IMG/VR virus record: IMGVR_UViG_3300031994_000001
Span: 349,022 to 413,021 of that record
Source: a virus
Lineage: Duplodnaviria > Heunggongvirae > Uroviricota > Caudoviricetes
Direction: 5' to 3' (one strand)
DNA: 64,000 nt
Shown here: piece by piece, positions 9,660-19,619 of the stretch
How positions within the stretch are numbered: position 1 is the stretch's first letter
How the letters are laid out: every line of letters starts with the position of its first letter
Notes under the pieces: model-generated
The model's database searches: none
Told to the model about the DNA's origin: nothing
Seen by the model: the letters and a program-made list of their open reading frames with translations, nothing else
Made by a program: the position numbers and the translations under genes

Positions 9660-11660
9660 TTATTCTTCGGGTATATTGATTTGTGAAATCAAGTCGTCTC
9701 TCCAATCAAGACCGTTCAAGAAACTCTCTTTCAGAGAACCGTTCACGAAAGCACGCCAAGTCAGATACTGACCGCGACCATTTGCAAACTCTTCTTCAAC
9801 AGCCTCAATAACCTCATCAACGTGTTCGGGTGGAACAGCCCAACTGTTGTCATTGTTAGCCTTGACCTCATTCAGTTTAGCCTTGACCTTTGTCCAAATC
9901 ACAAGAACGGGAGGTGCGATTCTGTAAAACTTGCATCTTCCTCTGATTGCGCCCCAACTGTCACCCAACTGACTTGAAAGTTTCTTTTCGGAAAGGTTGG
10001 TGATAATAATGAACCTACTCATAATGCTCATTTCATCGGGAATCATACGCTCAACGGTCTTGACTTTATCTTCCTCATCGTCAGATACAGTAGCACCTTT
10101 CTTGCCCTTGCTTACCTTTTTCAGCATTTCTTGTGACGGACATTCCTTCAGATACCTTTTCTTGTAGTTCACAATGCCGCCTTCCTTGCAACTTTCCATA
10201 CTGTAAAAGTTACCTCTGATGACATCGCCCATATCCGAAACGGTAGGACACTTCACTATCGGGAAGTCGCCTTTCGGTTCGAGAGCCTTTTTCCAAAATC
10301 CGATTTGGAAATCGCTGTCAAACAACTTCGGGGTGTCGTCAAACACAAGCACCTTGCCGTTGTTGTTGTATATGAAGTTGTAAAGTTCCTTTGCGTTACA
10401 AGTCGTGTTGTCACGCTCGGCATAGTCCTTACCCTTCACGAGTTTCATTTCTTTCTTGATTTCATTCCAAGTCTCTGACTTACCGATACCGCCGACACCC
10501 GAAATAAAAATGGCGGGCGCACCCGTGTCAAGGGTTTCAAGTTTTTTAACCCTTGTTCTCTTACAGAACTCAACAAGGAACTGTGTTCTCACTTTCAAAT
10601 CGTCCATCTGCTTGAAATACAAGTCAACAAGTCTCTTGAACTCGCTGAAATTGTTTCCGTACATAAGATTCACGAGGCTTATGTCAATGCCACGGTACTC
10701 CGTACCGTATTCACTTGTCACACCGCTTTCAACACTGACAGTCTCGTTTGTGAGAACATTGGCGTTGATGCCGAAAATAGGCATTGTGCATATTGCATAG
10801 ACAACAGCACAATATGTATCGGGGTTGCTGCTTCTTTTGATGGGAACGCCGCAGGAAAGAATCTCACGGTATTTTCTTCCGTCAGCGTCTCCAACGCAAA
10901 GTGATTCGGCAACGTCAAGCGGTCTGAAGTCAATGGTCTTGAAATATTCAGCCAACTTACCAATACCTTCGAGTGTGATTTTGTCACCGAGGTCGCCAGG
11001 TCTTGAAAACTTCCTGCCGCTTCCAAGTTCGCCGTTAAGCCAATCTATGATTTTCAAAGTTTTTGGATTCTTCGCGGTGTTATTCCAAACTTTCAAAATA
11101 TCGTCTCTGCTAAAAGCAGCCTCGTTAATCATAGGTTCGGAATACTCAACATCCATACCCTCGTACAAGCCGTTCTTGTAACCTTCGGGATGGTTGATGA
11201 TGTCGAACAAAAGGTCAAGCATACGAACCAATCCCATATTGGTAGCCTTGACTGTGTAATTGGCGTTTTGTGAATCCTGCTTCAAATCATAGTTGGTGTA
11301 ATAACGAAGCACGGCAATGTTTTCGTTTCCAACGGGCGTAACTGTGACAGCCTTTCCGTCACCGTGTCCGCTCATAATAAGAACTGTTGACACGCCGTCA
11401 ATGAGTTTGAAGAAAGTGTTGTAATACGCTTTCCAACCGCAATTCTTGTTCAAAAGGCTTATAACAAGTTCAGCCATCTTCTTCATTTTCGGATTGTCCG
11501 AAACAACAAGATTCGGATTGGCTGCAATCGGATTTGCATTGAGTTCGTCAGCAATCTTAACGGTGTCTATTTCAGAACCGTTTGCCTCAAGAATCAGATT
11601 CTCGCTCTCAACAACAGCGTGTTTGCCTAAACGGTTTATTGATTCAGATAATTTTTTCAT
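9660..11660 (-). CDS. AAA-family P-loop ATPase
   Basis: ISGVGGIGKS, VLVFDD, IIITN, AIRGR; ATG at 11660 (MKKLSES); TATAAATA at 11685-11692. Confidence 0.75.
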   Translation of the reverse strand: MKKLSESINRLGKHAVVESENLILEANGSEIDTVKIADELNANPIAANPNLVVSDNPKMKKMAELVISLLNKNCGWKAYYNTFFKLIDGVSTVLIMSGHGDGKAVTVTPVGNENIAVLRYYTNYDLKQDSQNANYTVKATNMGLVRMLDLLFDIINHPEGYKNGLYEGMDVEYSEPMINEAAFSRDDILKVWNNTAKNPKTLKIIDWLNGELGSGRKFSRPGDLGDKITLEGIGKLAEYFKTIDFRPLDVAESLCVGDADGRKYREILSCGVPIKRSSNPDTYCAVVYAICTMPIFGINANVLTNETVSVESGVTSEYGTEYRGIDISLVNLMYGNNFSEFKRLVDLYFKQMDDLKVRTQFLVEFCKRTRVKKLETLDTGAPAIFISGVGGIGKSETWNEIKKEMKLVKGKDYAERDNTTCNAKELYNFIYNNNGKVLVFDDTPKLFDSDFQIGFWKKALEPKGDFPIVKCPTVSDMGDVIRGNFYSMESCKEGGIVNYKKRYLKECPSQEMLKKVSKGKKGATVSDDEEDKVKTVERMIPDEMSIMSRFIIITNLSEKKLSSQLGDSWGAIRGRCKFYRIAPPVLVIWTKVKAKLNEVKANNDNSWAVPPEHVDEVIEAVEEEFANGRGQYLTWRAFVNGSLKESFLNGLDWRDDLISQINIPEE

Positions 11661-11684
11661 ATTATATTGTATTTTCAGCAAATA

Positions 11685-11692
11685 TATTTATA
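11685..11692 (-). promoter_or_regulatory. Late promoter TATAAATA
   Basis: Exact match about 25 nt upstream of the AAA gene. Confidence 0.65.
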
Positions 11693-12467
11693 TAGCGGTA
11701 TGCTTTGTCCTTCGTGTGAAATCCATAATATCAACAGTCATAATCGGATTATCATCATAACTGTTCGAAATTATGCCCCAAGCACCCTTTTTATTGTTCC
11801 AACGAAGTCTTGCATAATAAATCTCCCTTCCGTGCAAATCCTCTGTCGGATATGTGAAATGACCGTCAGAACTTATTTTGGTGACATTCGCATATTTTTT
11901 ATATTTGTCTGGAACATAGTCCTCCCTCACATAAATCCCAAGAACGCTCTCCTGCTCATATTTTTTCACACGTTTGGCAAGGTCTTCATATTCATATATG
12001 GTTGTTTTTAGCGTCTTGTTTGCATAAGTAAACCCGTTGTTAAATATATTGGTGATGATTGGCATAAGACAGCAAAAGCCGTCCATCGGTTTGACACCTA
12101 TGACATAGCCGTTCAGTTCAAGAATACGCATAGCGTCATTCTGCTCGTCCCAAGTGATTGGAAGTTTCCAAACCTCGTTCTCAATGTCATTGTCGTAATC
12201 TATATAAAGTCCGCCGACAGACGACTTGAACACACTGACACCGCCGTCTGAATTTGAGCGGTCAAACTTGTTTTCGTCCCAATACCACATAATAGACGAT
12301 ACAAGGGCTGACGCGATAGCCTTCAGTTTCTCGGCTCTGCTTTTCGGCATTTCGGGAAACCCTTTCAAATCCGCCTCGGTTATTTTCAGATTTGACAACG
12401 CCGCACCCTCGCTTGCAAGCCTCGCCTTTGTAACGGGTGATATTTTCAGTTTACTTACGCTTTCCAT
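11688..12467 (-). CDS. Hypothetical protein with KLxIxPVxKxRL N-terminal motif
   Basis: MESVSKLKISPVTKARL matches the motif of the 30.7-33.8 kb cluster. Confidence 0.75.
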   Translation of the reverse strand: MESVSKLKISPVTKARLASEGAALSNLKITEADLKGFPEMPKSRAEKLKAIASALVSSIMWYWDENKFDRSNSDGGVSVFKSSVGGLYIDYDNDIENEVWKLPITWDEQNDAMRILELNGYVIGVKPMDGFCCLMPIITNIFNNGFTYANKTLKTTIYEYEDLAKRVKKYEQESVLGIYVREDYVPDKYKKYANVTKISSDGHFTYPTEDLHGREIYYARLRWNNKKGAWGIISNSYDDNPIMTVDIMDFTRRTKHTAI

Positions 12468-13015
12468 ACTGCCAACTTTATTTCAACCTCCTGCGCACGG
12501 AATGTGCAGTTAAAGGTTTTCATATCAATCATATTGCTCGAATAGTTGAAGTCAAGACCGTCAATGCTTGTAAACAGCACGTTCTTGAACTCTATCGTAA
12601 ACACCTCATAGCCGCTGCCGTCAAATATCCTAATGAAAGGAACTCCGTTTATGAATTTGTCCTCCGCCGAAGAATAATAGTAGTTGAACAAATCGCACAT
12701 AAGGAAATAATTTATATATCCGTCATATAACTGCTGTGTCACCGTAAACTCCTTTGACACGAGTTTTTCGGGTGACATAGCGGAACGGTATATCCTCGAA
12801 TACGGGGTTTTTCTGTCGTATTGCTCAACGACATCGAATTGGATATTCTGCATATTGAATCCCTGCACGCCGTAGTTCACATAGTCAATGCAACGGTCGA
12901 ACATCGTGCCTGGGATTCTTTGCAGATAAGGCATATACTTGTCGTTTATCTCATCGGGAACGAGTGTCTTTGAAAAAAAGAACTCGAACATATTGTTTCT
13001 TGCAGGTTGTAGCAT
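12455..13015 (-). CDS. Tail tube terminator / tail completion protein, T4 gp3/gp19-fold-like
   Basis: C-terminal FKNVLFTSIDGLDFNYSS...KTFNCTF pattern; TATAAATA at 13033-13040. Confidence 0.55.
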   Translation of the reverse strand: MLQPARNNMFEFFFSKTLVPDEINDKYMPYLQRIPGTMFDRCIDYVNYGVQGFNMQNIQFDVVEQYDRKTPYSRIYRSAMSPEKLVSKEFTVTQQLYDGYINYFLMCDLFNYYYSSAEDKFINGVPFIRIFDGSGYEVFTIEFKNVLFTSIDGLDFNYSSNMIDMKTFNCTFRAQEVEIKLAVWKA

Positions 13016-13032
13016 ATAAAAACAGTTTTCAA

Positions 13033-13040
13033 TATTTATA
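13033..13040 (-). promoter_or_regulatory. Late promoter TATAAATA
   Basis: Exact match 18 nt upstream of the ATG at 13015. Confidence 0.7.
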
Positions 13041-13060
13041 AATCCGCCGACTATAAACAG

Positions 13061-13093
13061 AAAAAACGCCTCCGAATAATCAGAGGCGTTTTC
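13061..13093 (-). terminator. Intrinsic terminator
   Basis: AAAACGCCTC...GAGGCGTTTT stem with flanking T tracts. Confidence 0.8.
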
Positions 13094-13120
13094 TAATTTA
13101 GAATGGAAAGTATTTGAAAG

Positions 13121-13303
13121 TTACAGATTTTCTTTATTTTCTTGCGGTTCTCCGCCTTTTTCTTCCTTCTCGTTGAAATAGTTTGGCAACAACACACGGA
13201 TTGCTGCATAAATCAACGCGGAATCTTTGATTGTGTACGCACCTGCCTTCTGCCCAAATTCAGCAGCCTGCACAAGTACATTGATTGCTTCTTTTTCGTT
13301 CAT
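13121..13303 (-). CDS. Small hypothetical protein
   Basis: 60-aa ORF directly downstream of Hsp20, before the terminator. Confidence 0.7.
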   Translation of the reverse strand: MNEKEAINVLVQAAEFGQKAGAYTIKDSALIYAAIRVLLPNYFNEKEEKGGEPQENKENL

Positions 13304-13313
13304 ATCTTATGTA

Positions 13314-13751
13314 TTATTGAATTGTTATCGCTTTTTTTGAATCTTTTTTAGCACGTTTCGGCATATAGATTGTCATAACGCCGTTGCGCAGTTGAGCCTT
13401 GATTTCAGAATCGTCAATGTCGTAGCCAAACGGGATTTTAATGTCCTCGTCAGACTTCATATTTACGAATGTGCGCTTGATGTCAGTCTTGGCAAAGATT
13501 CGGACATAATTCACGCCGTTCTTTTCGGTCGATATCTCCATACCGAGACAATCCTTTTCAATTTCGGGCATAAGGATTTGGACAACCCTCATATCGTCCG
13601 ATTCGGTCATCTTGACGCTCATATTGTCGTAACAGCAGGAACACCCGCATTCGTTTTTTGAAGAGAACATTTTTGTAAACGCATCGTTCAGTTCTTCAAA
13701 GTTTGTGCCGAAGTTGGCAAACAGTTCTTCTAAATTTTTAATACCGCTCAT
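13314..13751 (-). CDS. Small heat shock protein (Hsp20 / alpha-crystallin)
   Basis: MPEIEK...IDDSEIKAQLRNGVMTIYMPK and C-terminal I-T-I motif. Confidence 0.85.
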   Translation of the reverse strand: MSGIKNLEELFANFGTNFEELNDAFTKMFSSKNECGCSCCYDNMSVKMTESDDMRVVQILMPEIEKDCLGMEISTEKNGVNYVRIFAKTDIKRTFVNMKSDEDIKIPFGYDIDDSEIKAQLRNGVMTIYMPKRAKKDSKKAITIQ

Positions 13752-13871
13752 AGTCTTGTGTTTAATAGTATATAATAAATTTTTGGATTTTTTGTTTGTG
13801 TTGGAATTTTTTTTTTTTCAACGGGGAACTGCCAGCAATTTATGTGCCAAAGCACAAAAACTGACATTTTG

Positions 13872-15221
13872 TCAGTTCTTCATAATGCTCTTACGCAAAG
13901 TTTTCAAGTCGTCCATATACATATCTTTCGGCACACGTTTGTTCATATCCGAAAGTTCAGCCTTTTTTAACTTGCATTCTTCAAGCAGTTCGGCATACCT
14001 CTCCTTTGTAAGAGAGTATATCGGCATATTGATTAGGTAGTCGTATGAATTGGAAACCTTATCGAACTTGTTTGCTTCAAGCCAAGCGCACACATCCTTT
14101 TTCGGAACGTTGTTGACTTTGAGTTTCTTGTCTATGATTGACTTGACGAAACGAGCCTTGTTGGTAAGAATCATAAGTTCCTTTTCGAGTTTGGCAACAA
14201 GGTATGCCTTGCGCTTCGCATACCAAGTAAGTCGGTAATCACAGAAATAAGGAACAATGTCCTCCGCCTTGCTGAATTGTCTCAACTTGCCGTTCTCGTC
14301 AATCGTAACGATATTCTCCGTGTCGGAAGTGTTGACACACAACACCTTTTCGAGTTTGCCGCTGTCAATGAGTTCCTTCAGCCCTGCACGTGTGAATTTG
14401 AGAACATAGTCAACCACAGACGAACTGTTGTTGTCATAGTCAACAATCACTTTTTTGTCAACAAGACTGTCAAGGTATTCCTCGTATTTCTCAAATGTGA
14501 TTTGCGGCGGCAGGTCTTTCACTCTGACCGTGGTCGTGTTCACAACTGTATAGACACCCGATATGTTCCACTTGTTAGGGTTGTCCTTATCCCTCGTGAA
14601 TGTACCGCCGAACTCCGACAGCCAAGGTTTCAACTCCTTCTGCTTCTTTCCGTTGAGGTGCGCTATGCAAGCGTCAACAACATCAAGGGGGTTTCGGTTG
14701 AAAATGTTGGTCGAATACCCGACAGCGATTCCTGGGCTTCCATTCAACAGCAGTGTCGGAACTATCGGCAGAAAGAAATTTGGTTCTATCTCATAGCCTT
14801 CCTCAATCTTGTTTTCAAGCAACTCGAAATCCTTATAGAGCATTCGGAAGTTCTTTGACAACTTCGTGCTTATGTAACGCGGCGCACCCGCAGACGGAAC
14901 ACGCAGACTTCCATACTGACCCGAACCTTCGAGCAGCGGCAGGCTGTTCTTGAATGTCTGACCCATATACGTTATGGCATCGCACATACTCTTGTCACCG
15001 TGCGCATACAACGCCATAGAGGAAACCTGCCCGCTCAACTGAAAGACCTTCATAGGCTTTTCGCTGCCGCTTTTCCAAATCTTGTTGGCGACATACACGA
15101 TTTTCCTCTGAACGGGTTTGAACCCATCTATACAACTCGGAATCGCTCTGTCCTCAACAACGGACTTTGCGAACAGAAGTTGGTCAACGTCAAGAAAATT
15201 GTCTATTGTACGAAATCTCAT
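13872..15221 (-). CDS. DNA topoisomerase II medium subunit (T4 gp52 / GyrA-like)
   Basis: RAIPSCIDGFKPVQRK, YAHGD, GAPRY (catalytic Tyr), LLNGSPGIAVGYST. Confidence 0.95.
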   Translation of the reverse strand: MRFRTIDNFLDVDQLLFAKSVVEDRAIPSCIDGFKPVQRKIVYVANKIWKSGSEKPMKVFQLSGQVSSMALYAHGDKSMCDAITYMGQTFKNSLPLLEGSGQYGSLRVPSAGAPRYISTKLSKNFRMLYKDFELLENKIEEGYEIEPNFFLPIVPTLLLNGSPGIAVGYSTNIFNRNPLDVVDACIAHLNGKKQKELKPWLSEFGGTFTRDKDNPNKWNISGVYTVVNTTTVRVKDLPPQITFEKYEEYLDSLVDKKVIVDYDNNSSSVVDYVLKFTRAGLKELIDSGKLEKVLCVNTSDTENIVTIDENGKLRQFSKAEDIVPYFCDYRLTWYAKRKAYLVAKLEKELMILTNKARFVKSIIDKKLKVNNVPKKDVCAWLEANKFDKVSNSYDYLINMPIYSLTKERYAELLEECKLKKAELSDMNKRVPKDMYMDDLKTLRKSIMKN

Positions 15222-15223
15222 TA

Positions 15224-15727
15224 TTACATTGAAAGTTTTTTAGAGAAGATGAAGTCTCGGATTTCCATAATCTCGGCGTATTCATTAACTGAAAAGCCTT
15301 CATATATGGTATTAAGAAAATCCGTAAATGTCATAAACGACTGCATATCTTCATACTTCGGATATGTTTTGGTGTCGAATATATAGTCATTAGCCAAAAA
15401 GCAAATGGCTGTGCGCATACCGTACAAGTCGGGTTCGTAAAAACCGCAATGCGGTATGCTGTGCGAGGTTAGGAATCTGTCAACCTCATCCAAGTCGGCT
15501 GATGTTCCAGCGTCAAGAACAATCATAGTCTTATGGCGGTTAGCCCACTCGTGATAGATTCTCCTTGTTTTCTCGTCAGCGAGAATCGGGTCTTTAATCA
15601 TTTCAGAAAAATCAACAACCGCGTGAAGCGACTGTATGCCTTTCTGCATAGGGTTCAGTTGGCGAAGCACCATAGAGTACATCCTTACCTCTTGACCCTT
15701 GTATTCTTTCTTTTCTTCTTCAGACAT
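15224..15727 (-). CDS. Peptidyl-tRNA hydrolase type 2 (PTH2)-like protein
   Basis: MYSMVLRQL...KGIQSLHA, KTMIVL, FYEPDL...TAI pattern of PTH2-fold proteins. Confidence 0.6.
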   Translation of the reverse strand: MSEEEKKEYKGQEVRMYSMVLRQLNPMQKGIQSLHAVVDFSEMIKDPILADEKTRRIYHEWANRHKTMIVLDAGTSADLDEVDRFLTSHSIPHCGFYEPDLYGMRTAICFLANDYIFDTKTYPKYEDMQSFMTFTDFLNTIYEGFSVNEYAEIMEIRDFIFSKKLSM

Positions 15728-15798
15728 TCTGTTAGGGTTTTTGATGAAATCTATAAAATCTTTTATACAGTCAATCTATTCGGCAAACGCAGGTCTGC

Positions 15799-16347
15799 TC
15801 ATTTCAGATTCTCCTTGTATGAGTTGCGGAACACCGTGTCAAACACACCGCCATAGTAACCGCTTTCCTCCATTATATCCAACGCCTCATCGAAAGTCCA
15901 TTCGCCTACTTTGAAATATTCTTCATTGGTAGTATCAAAAAGGAACTCACGAGTAACGTCAAAATAATAGTCACCTACCTTATTGAATGCGTGTTCTATC
16001 GGTATAACGCTGTAACACATATAACCTTCGACATATTCAACATCAACGCTCCCGACATTCTCGCCAAGGAAAGTGACATTATCCATATTGTTCAGAATCT
16101 GCGCAGCGTGAAGTGCGTTGGCATAGCATTTCTTTCTCTTGAATTTACCTATCGCTTTAAGACGCTCCACGGTCTGCGGGTCGAACAAATCCCTTACGGA
16201 ACTGATTTCGACCCGTTTCAAGCATTCGAGTTTATGGTTAAAGTAATCACGCTGATAGCCAGATGAAAGTTTGGCGAACTGCTTTAACATATTGACGACC
16301 GAATAGTCTTCGTTTTCCGTGATAAACTCAATATACTTTTTGACCAT
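15799..16347 (-). CDS. Putative papain/transglutaminase-fold protein with capsid-targeting leader
   Basis: MVKKYIEFITE leader; CYANA...EHAFN...YFDVT gives a possible Cys-His-Asp triad; TATAAATA at 16366-16373. Confidence 0.5.
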   Translation of the reverse strand: MVKKYIEFITENEDYSVVNMLKQFAKLSSGYQRDYFNHKLECLKRVEISSVRDLFDPQTVERLKAIGKFKRKKCYANALHAAQILNNMDNVTFLGENVGSVDVEYVEGYMCYSVIPIEHAFNKVGDYYFDVTREFLFDTTNEEYFKVGEWTFDEALDIMEESGYYGGVFDTVFRNSYKENLK

Positions 16348-16368
16348 AGAACATTTTTGTTGACTTAT

Positions 16369-17949
16369 TTATACCTGCTTCGAAGCATCGGTAAACAAGT
16401 CAAACTTTATAGTTGGATAAGATTCGTAGTCGGTGATTCTGATGTCATTCGGTTCGAGTTTGGCAAGTCTGTCATATCCGCCGATTGGTTCGGGCAAACC
16501 CAACGCCTCGGTGACTGTGATATGAGCCGCATCGAACAGATATGGGTTTCTGTCAAGCATACGCTTCACGCCCTCAATGTGGCTTGTGTAGATATGCGCG
16601 TTGCCGAGTGAACCCGCGAGCATCTTCGGAAGCATATTGACGGTCTTGGCAATGATAGTCAGCATAATCGCGTAACTCAAAATGTTGAACGGAACACCCA
16701 ACGCCATATCGCAGGAACGCTGAATCCAACGCATACTCAAATAGTATTTCGGAACATCGTGTTCGTCAAACACGTCAACGATTGACCTGCCGCCAATTTC
16801 ACCTCCGACATTCTTGTTGAAATAGTCAATTCTGTCGTTAATCGGAATAGGCTCTGTGTAGAACTCCATAGCGTAATGGCAGGGCGGCAACGCCATTTCG
16901 GGAATGCGTTTCGGATTCCACGCGGTGACAATAAGCCGTCTGTTGAACGGGTCGGTTTTCAGTTTGTTGACAACCTCTTTGAGTTGGTCTATGCCGCTGT
17001 GGTCGAAGTCAGTCCATTGCGAACCGTAGATTGGACCGACATCCCCGAAGGTGTATGCGCCATCTTCCCAATTCATAGAACCACCTACGTCAACATATTT
17101 CATAAATCCATCGAATCCGAGCGGTTCTGTCACGCCGTGCTTTTCGGCAAGTTTCAGATAATGGGCGTATGCGTCCTTATCCCAAATGTGGACATTTCTG
17201 TCGTTGAGGTAATTGATGTTCTTGCAGCCTTGGAAGAACCAAAGCAATTCAACAATGACGGCTTTCATAGCCATTTTCTTCGTTGTCAGAACGGGCAAGC
17301 CCTTGCGCAAGTCGAAATGCAGATGCGCGTCAAACAGACTTCTCGCCGTGCCGACCCTTGTCGGGGTGTCAACACCATTTTCAATAATATCGCGGAGCAA
17401 GTCCAAATACTGAACGTCACAATGTGACTCGTGGCGTTTGCGAAACACGTTATAGAACGAGCAGCCGTCTCCGTTACCTGCCCATCTCACCACATATCTC
17501 GCCGTGCGGAGTTTGTCGAACATAGGGAAGTATGTATCCAACCTCTTTTCCTCGCAATCCTTTATGATTGAAAGATAGATTGTGTCAGCCATATCCCTTT
17601 CCATAAGGTATTCAAAAACCTTTGCACCGCCGATATAGAAGATTTCGTCTTTGTAACCCGCTGATTCGGCAGCGGCTTCCGCTTCATCAATATTGGTGGC
17701 AATGGTCGGAATGACACCATTCTCGGACAATCCCTGCGGCTTGTAGTTTCTGTCGCTTGTGAGAATGATATTCAGTCTGTTTTTTAGCGGATGACCTATT
17801 GATTCATAGGTCTTTCTACCCATAACAACGGCTTGTCCTTTCGTAAGGCTAACAAACCGCTGCATATCGTCTTTGTTTTTCCACGGGAGTCTGCCGTCAA
17901 CTCCGATGCCACCGTCTTCTGTGGTGGCGACAACAATGTTTCTAATCAT
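16369..17949 (-). CDS. thyA: Bifunctional dihydrofolate reductase-thymidylate synthase
   Basis: DHFR: GGIGVDGRLPW, VVMGRKTYESI, YIGGA. TS: ALPPCH, QRSCDMALGVPFN, GNAHIY. Single ORF. Confidence 0.95.
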   Translation of the reverse strand: MIRNIVVATTEDGGIGVDGRLPWKNKDDMQRFVSLTKGQAVVMGRKTYESIGHPLKNRLNIILTSDRNYKPQGLSENGVIPTIATNIDEAEAAAESAGYKDEIFYIGGAKVFEYLMERDMADTIYLSIIKDCEEKRLDTYFPMFDKLRTARYVVRWAGNGDGCSFYNVFRKRHESHCDVQYLDLLRDIIENGVDTPTRVGTARSLFDAHLHFDLRKGLPVLTTKKMAMKAVIVELLWFFQGCKNINYLNDRNVHIWDKDAYAHYLKLAEKHGVTEPLGFDGFMKYVDVGGSMNWEDGAYTFGDVGPIYGSQWTDFDHSGIDQLKEVVNKLKTDPFNRRLIVTAWNPKRIPEMALPPCHYAMEFYTEPIPINDRIDYFNKNVGGEIGGRSIVDVFDEHDVPKYYLSMRWIQRSCDMALGVPFNILSYAIMLTIIAKTVNMLPKMLAGSLGNAHIYTSHIEGVKRMLDRNPYLFDAAHITVTEALGLPEPIGGYDRLAKLEPNDIRITDYESYPTIKFDLFTDASKQV

Positions 17950-17950
17950 A

Positions 17951-18523
17951 TCATTTAAGGTTTTTCTGTAAATAGTCCTGCGCTTTCTTGAACAGTTCGC
18001 GTGTCTTTGATAGGGATATTCCCATAGTCTCGGATATGCTGATAAAATCGGTCTTGCCGTTGTGCGTCTGCTTGAATCCGAACTTCATATCCACGATGTC
18101 CCTGCTCTTACTGTCAAGTTCGCCGACAAGACGCTTGTAGTCCATAAGCAGTTCCTCGTAAACTCTGTCACTGTACTGTCCAAAATCAATGTCATCGCCG
18201 TTCTCATACGATATGCCCGTATAGGAATGGACGATATTCTCATAGTCTTTGAATCCAGAATTTAATCTGTTGTAGGGGATTTTCACAATGTTCCGTTGCA
18301 GGTTGATTTCGTTCTTCGCATACTCCGTCATAAGCGGCTTACAGTAAACCCAAAAATTAGGGTTCTTTGACGAATCATAACGCTCTATGCTCTTTGCAAC
18401 GGCAATGCAACAAACCTGCCGCACGTCATTCTGCGTGTCGGCGTTGAAGCAATTGAACTTACAAAATATGTAATTCAGTATTCTGCTGAAATCTTTTGAG
18501 TTGATAAGTTCCTCGAATTTCAT
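17951..18523 (-). CDS. Phage sigma-70-like transcription factor
   Basis: Region 2-like DVRQ..CIAVAKSIERYD..K..NFWVY; region 4 HTH-like ISETMGISLSKTRELFKKA. Confidence 0.75.
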   Translation of the reverse strand: MKFEELINSKDFSRILNYIFCKFNCFNADTQNDVRQVCCIAVAKSIERYDSSKNPNFWVYCKPLMTEYAKNEINLQRNIVKIPYNRLNSGFKDYENIVHSYTGISYENGDDIDFGQYSDRVYEELLMDYKRLVGELDSKSRDIVDMKFGFKQTHNGKTDFISISETMGISLSKTRELFKKAQDYLQKNLK

Positions 18524-18798
18524 AATGTGTCAACTTTTTTGTACATAGCATTAGTGACAGTTTCGACAACGATTTTGTCGTCAGTGTTCGCGGTTCGCGA
18601 ACAGACTTCAAATACGCCCTTTCGCTTGTTATAAAAGGCGAAAGCGTATTGCTTTAATTTCGTCACCGCACTCAAAATCGGGTCGTCATCCGACTTCGAG
18701 TCGCTAAACAAATCAAGTTGAACATTTCGTTTGATGGCGTACAAAACGCCATAGCCGCCTTCAAGCGGCTTTTCCTTTCTCGAATCTTTCCATTCCAT
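18520..18798 (-). CDS. Hypothetical protein
   Basis: Overlaps the sigma start (ATGA coupling). Confidence 0.7.
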   Translation of the reverse strand: MEWKDSRKEKPLEGGYGVLYAIKRNVQLDLFSDSKSDDDPILSAVTKLKQYAFAFYNKRKGVFEVCSRTANTDDKIVVETVTNAMYKKVDTL

Positions 18799-18816
18799 AA
18801 TACATTATCTTTAAGG

Positions 18817-19617
18817 TTAATCTTTAACTATTTCAACATTATTGTAATCTATTGGTGTGTAAAACTTTCTGTTCCTTATCAAATTATCAGCCTCTCTGTA
18901 ATATGATTCAAATTCATCCTTTGCGATAGGCTCTATCTCGTCTTTCGGCGGGATATTCTTGACATTCGGCACAATCTCGGTACACGAATAGTCGAATCGG
19001 TTTATCTTCACAAGAATCCTGCCGCCGTCTTTCATAAGACCGTAACAGTCCGTGTAGAGATAATCTTTTGTCTTTTTCATAAAGTAGTCGGGGTATCCGT
19101 CCGTTGCGTGGACAGACGAATCCTGCGGAGTGATTGACGGCATAGCGGCAGAATGCCTTGTCTGCACGGGTGCTTCTGTAACTTGGGGTTGCACCTCGGC
19201 GGGTTCTTGACGTTTCTGCGCTGCGGGTTTCTTGACCTCGTTCTTCGGATAAAGTGTATCCTTGAAATTAGGATTCACACTTTTCCACACAAACTCGCCG
19301 TCAACCTTGGTGATGAAGTTATTACGCTTCTGACAGATGGATTCCAACGATTCCTCACCAAATCCAATGTCATTGGCACAGTTGGTCTCTATTCTCTCAA
19401 TGAGTTTAAACAGTTCCTCCGCAATACGCTTCGGACTGTAAAAATCGCAGTATTGCATATACAACGCCTCGCAGCATTCCTGCAAATTCTCGCTTACAAC
19501 AAATGTTTGAAAAACACCGTCATTGTAGGTGGCACGCCAACCACCCTTGTCGAACTGAATGTTTACATTCTTGCCGTCATCTCCGAAAAGACCTATGATT
19601 TTTGTTGTTATGTCCAT
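18817..19617 (-). CDS. Hypothetical protein
   Basis: 266-aa ORF in a tight operon. Confidence 0.75.
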   Translation of the reverse strand: MDITTKIIGLFGDDGKNVNIQFDKGGWRATYNDGVFQTFVVSENLQECCEALYMQYCDFYSPKRIAEELFKLIERIETNCANDIGFGEESLESICQKRNNFITKVDGEFVWKSVNPNFKDTLYPKNEVKKPAAQKRQEPAEVQPQVTEAPVQTRHSAAMPSITPQDSSVHATDGYPDYFMKKTKDYLYTDCYGLMKDGGRILVKINRFDYSCTEIVPNVKNIPPKDEIEPIAKDEFESYYREADNLIRNRKFYTPIDYNNVEIVKD

Positions 19618-19619
19618 AA

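Noticed and set aside
16369-17949. dCMP/dUMP hydroxymethylase for modified DNA
   Set aside because: Canonical TS motifs including PFN, and fusion to DHFR
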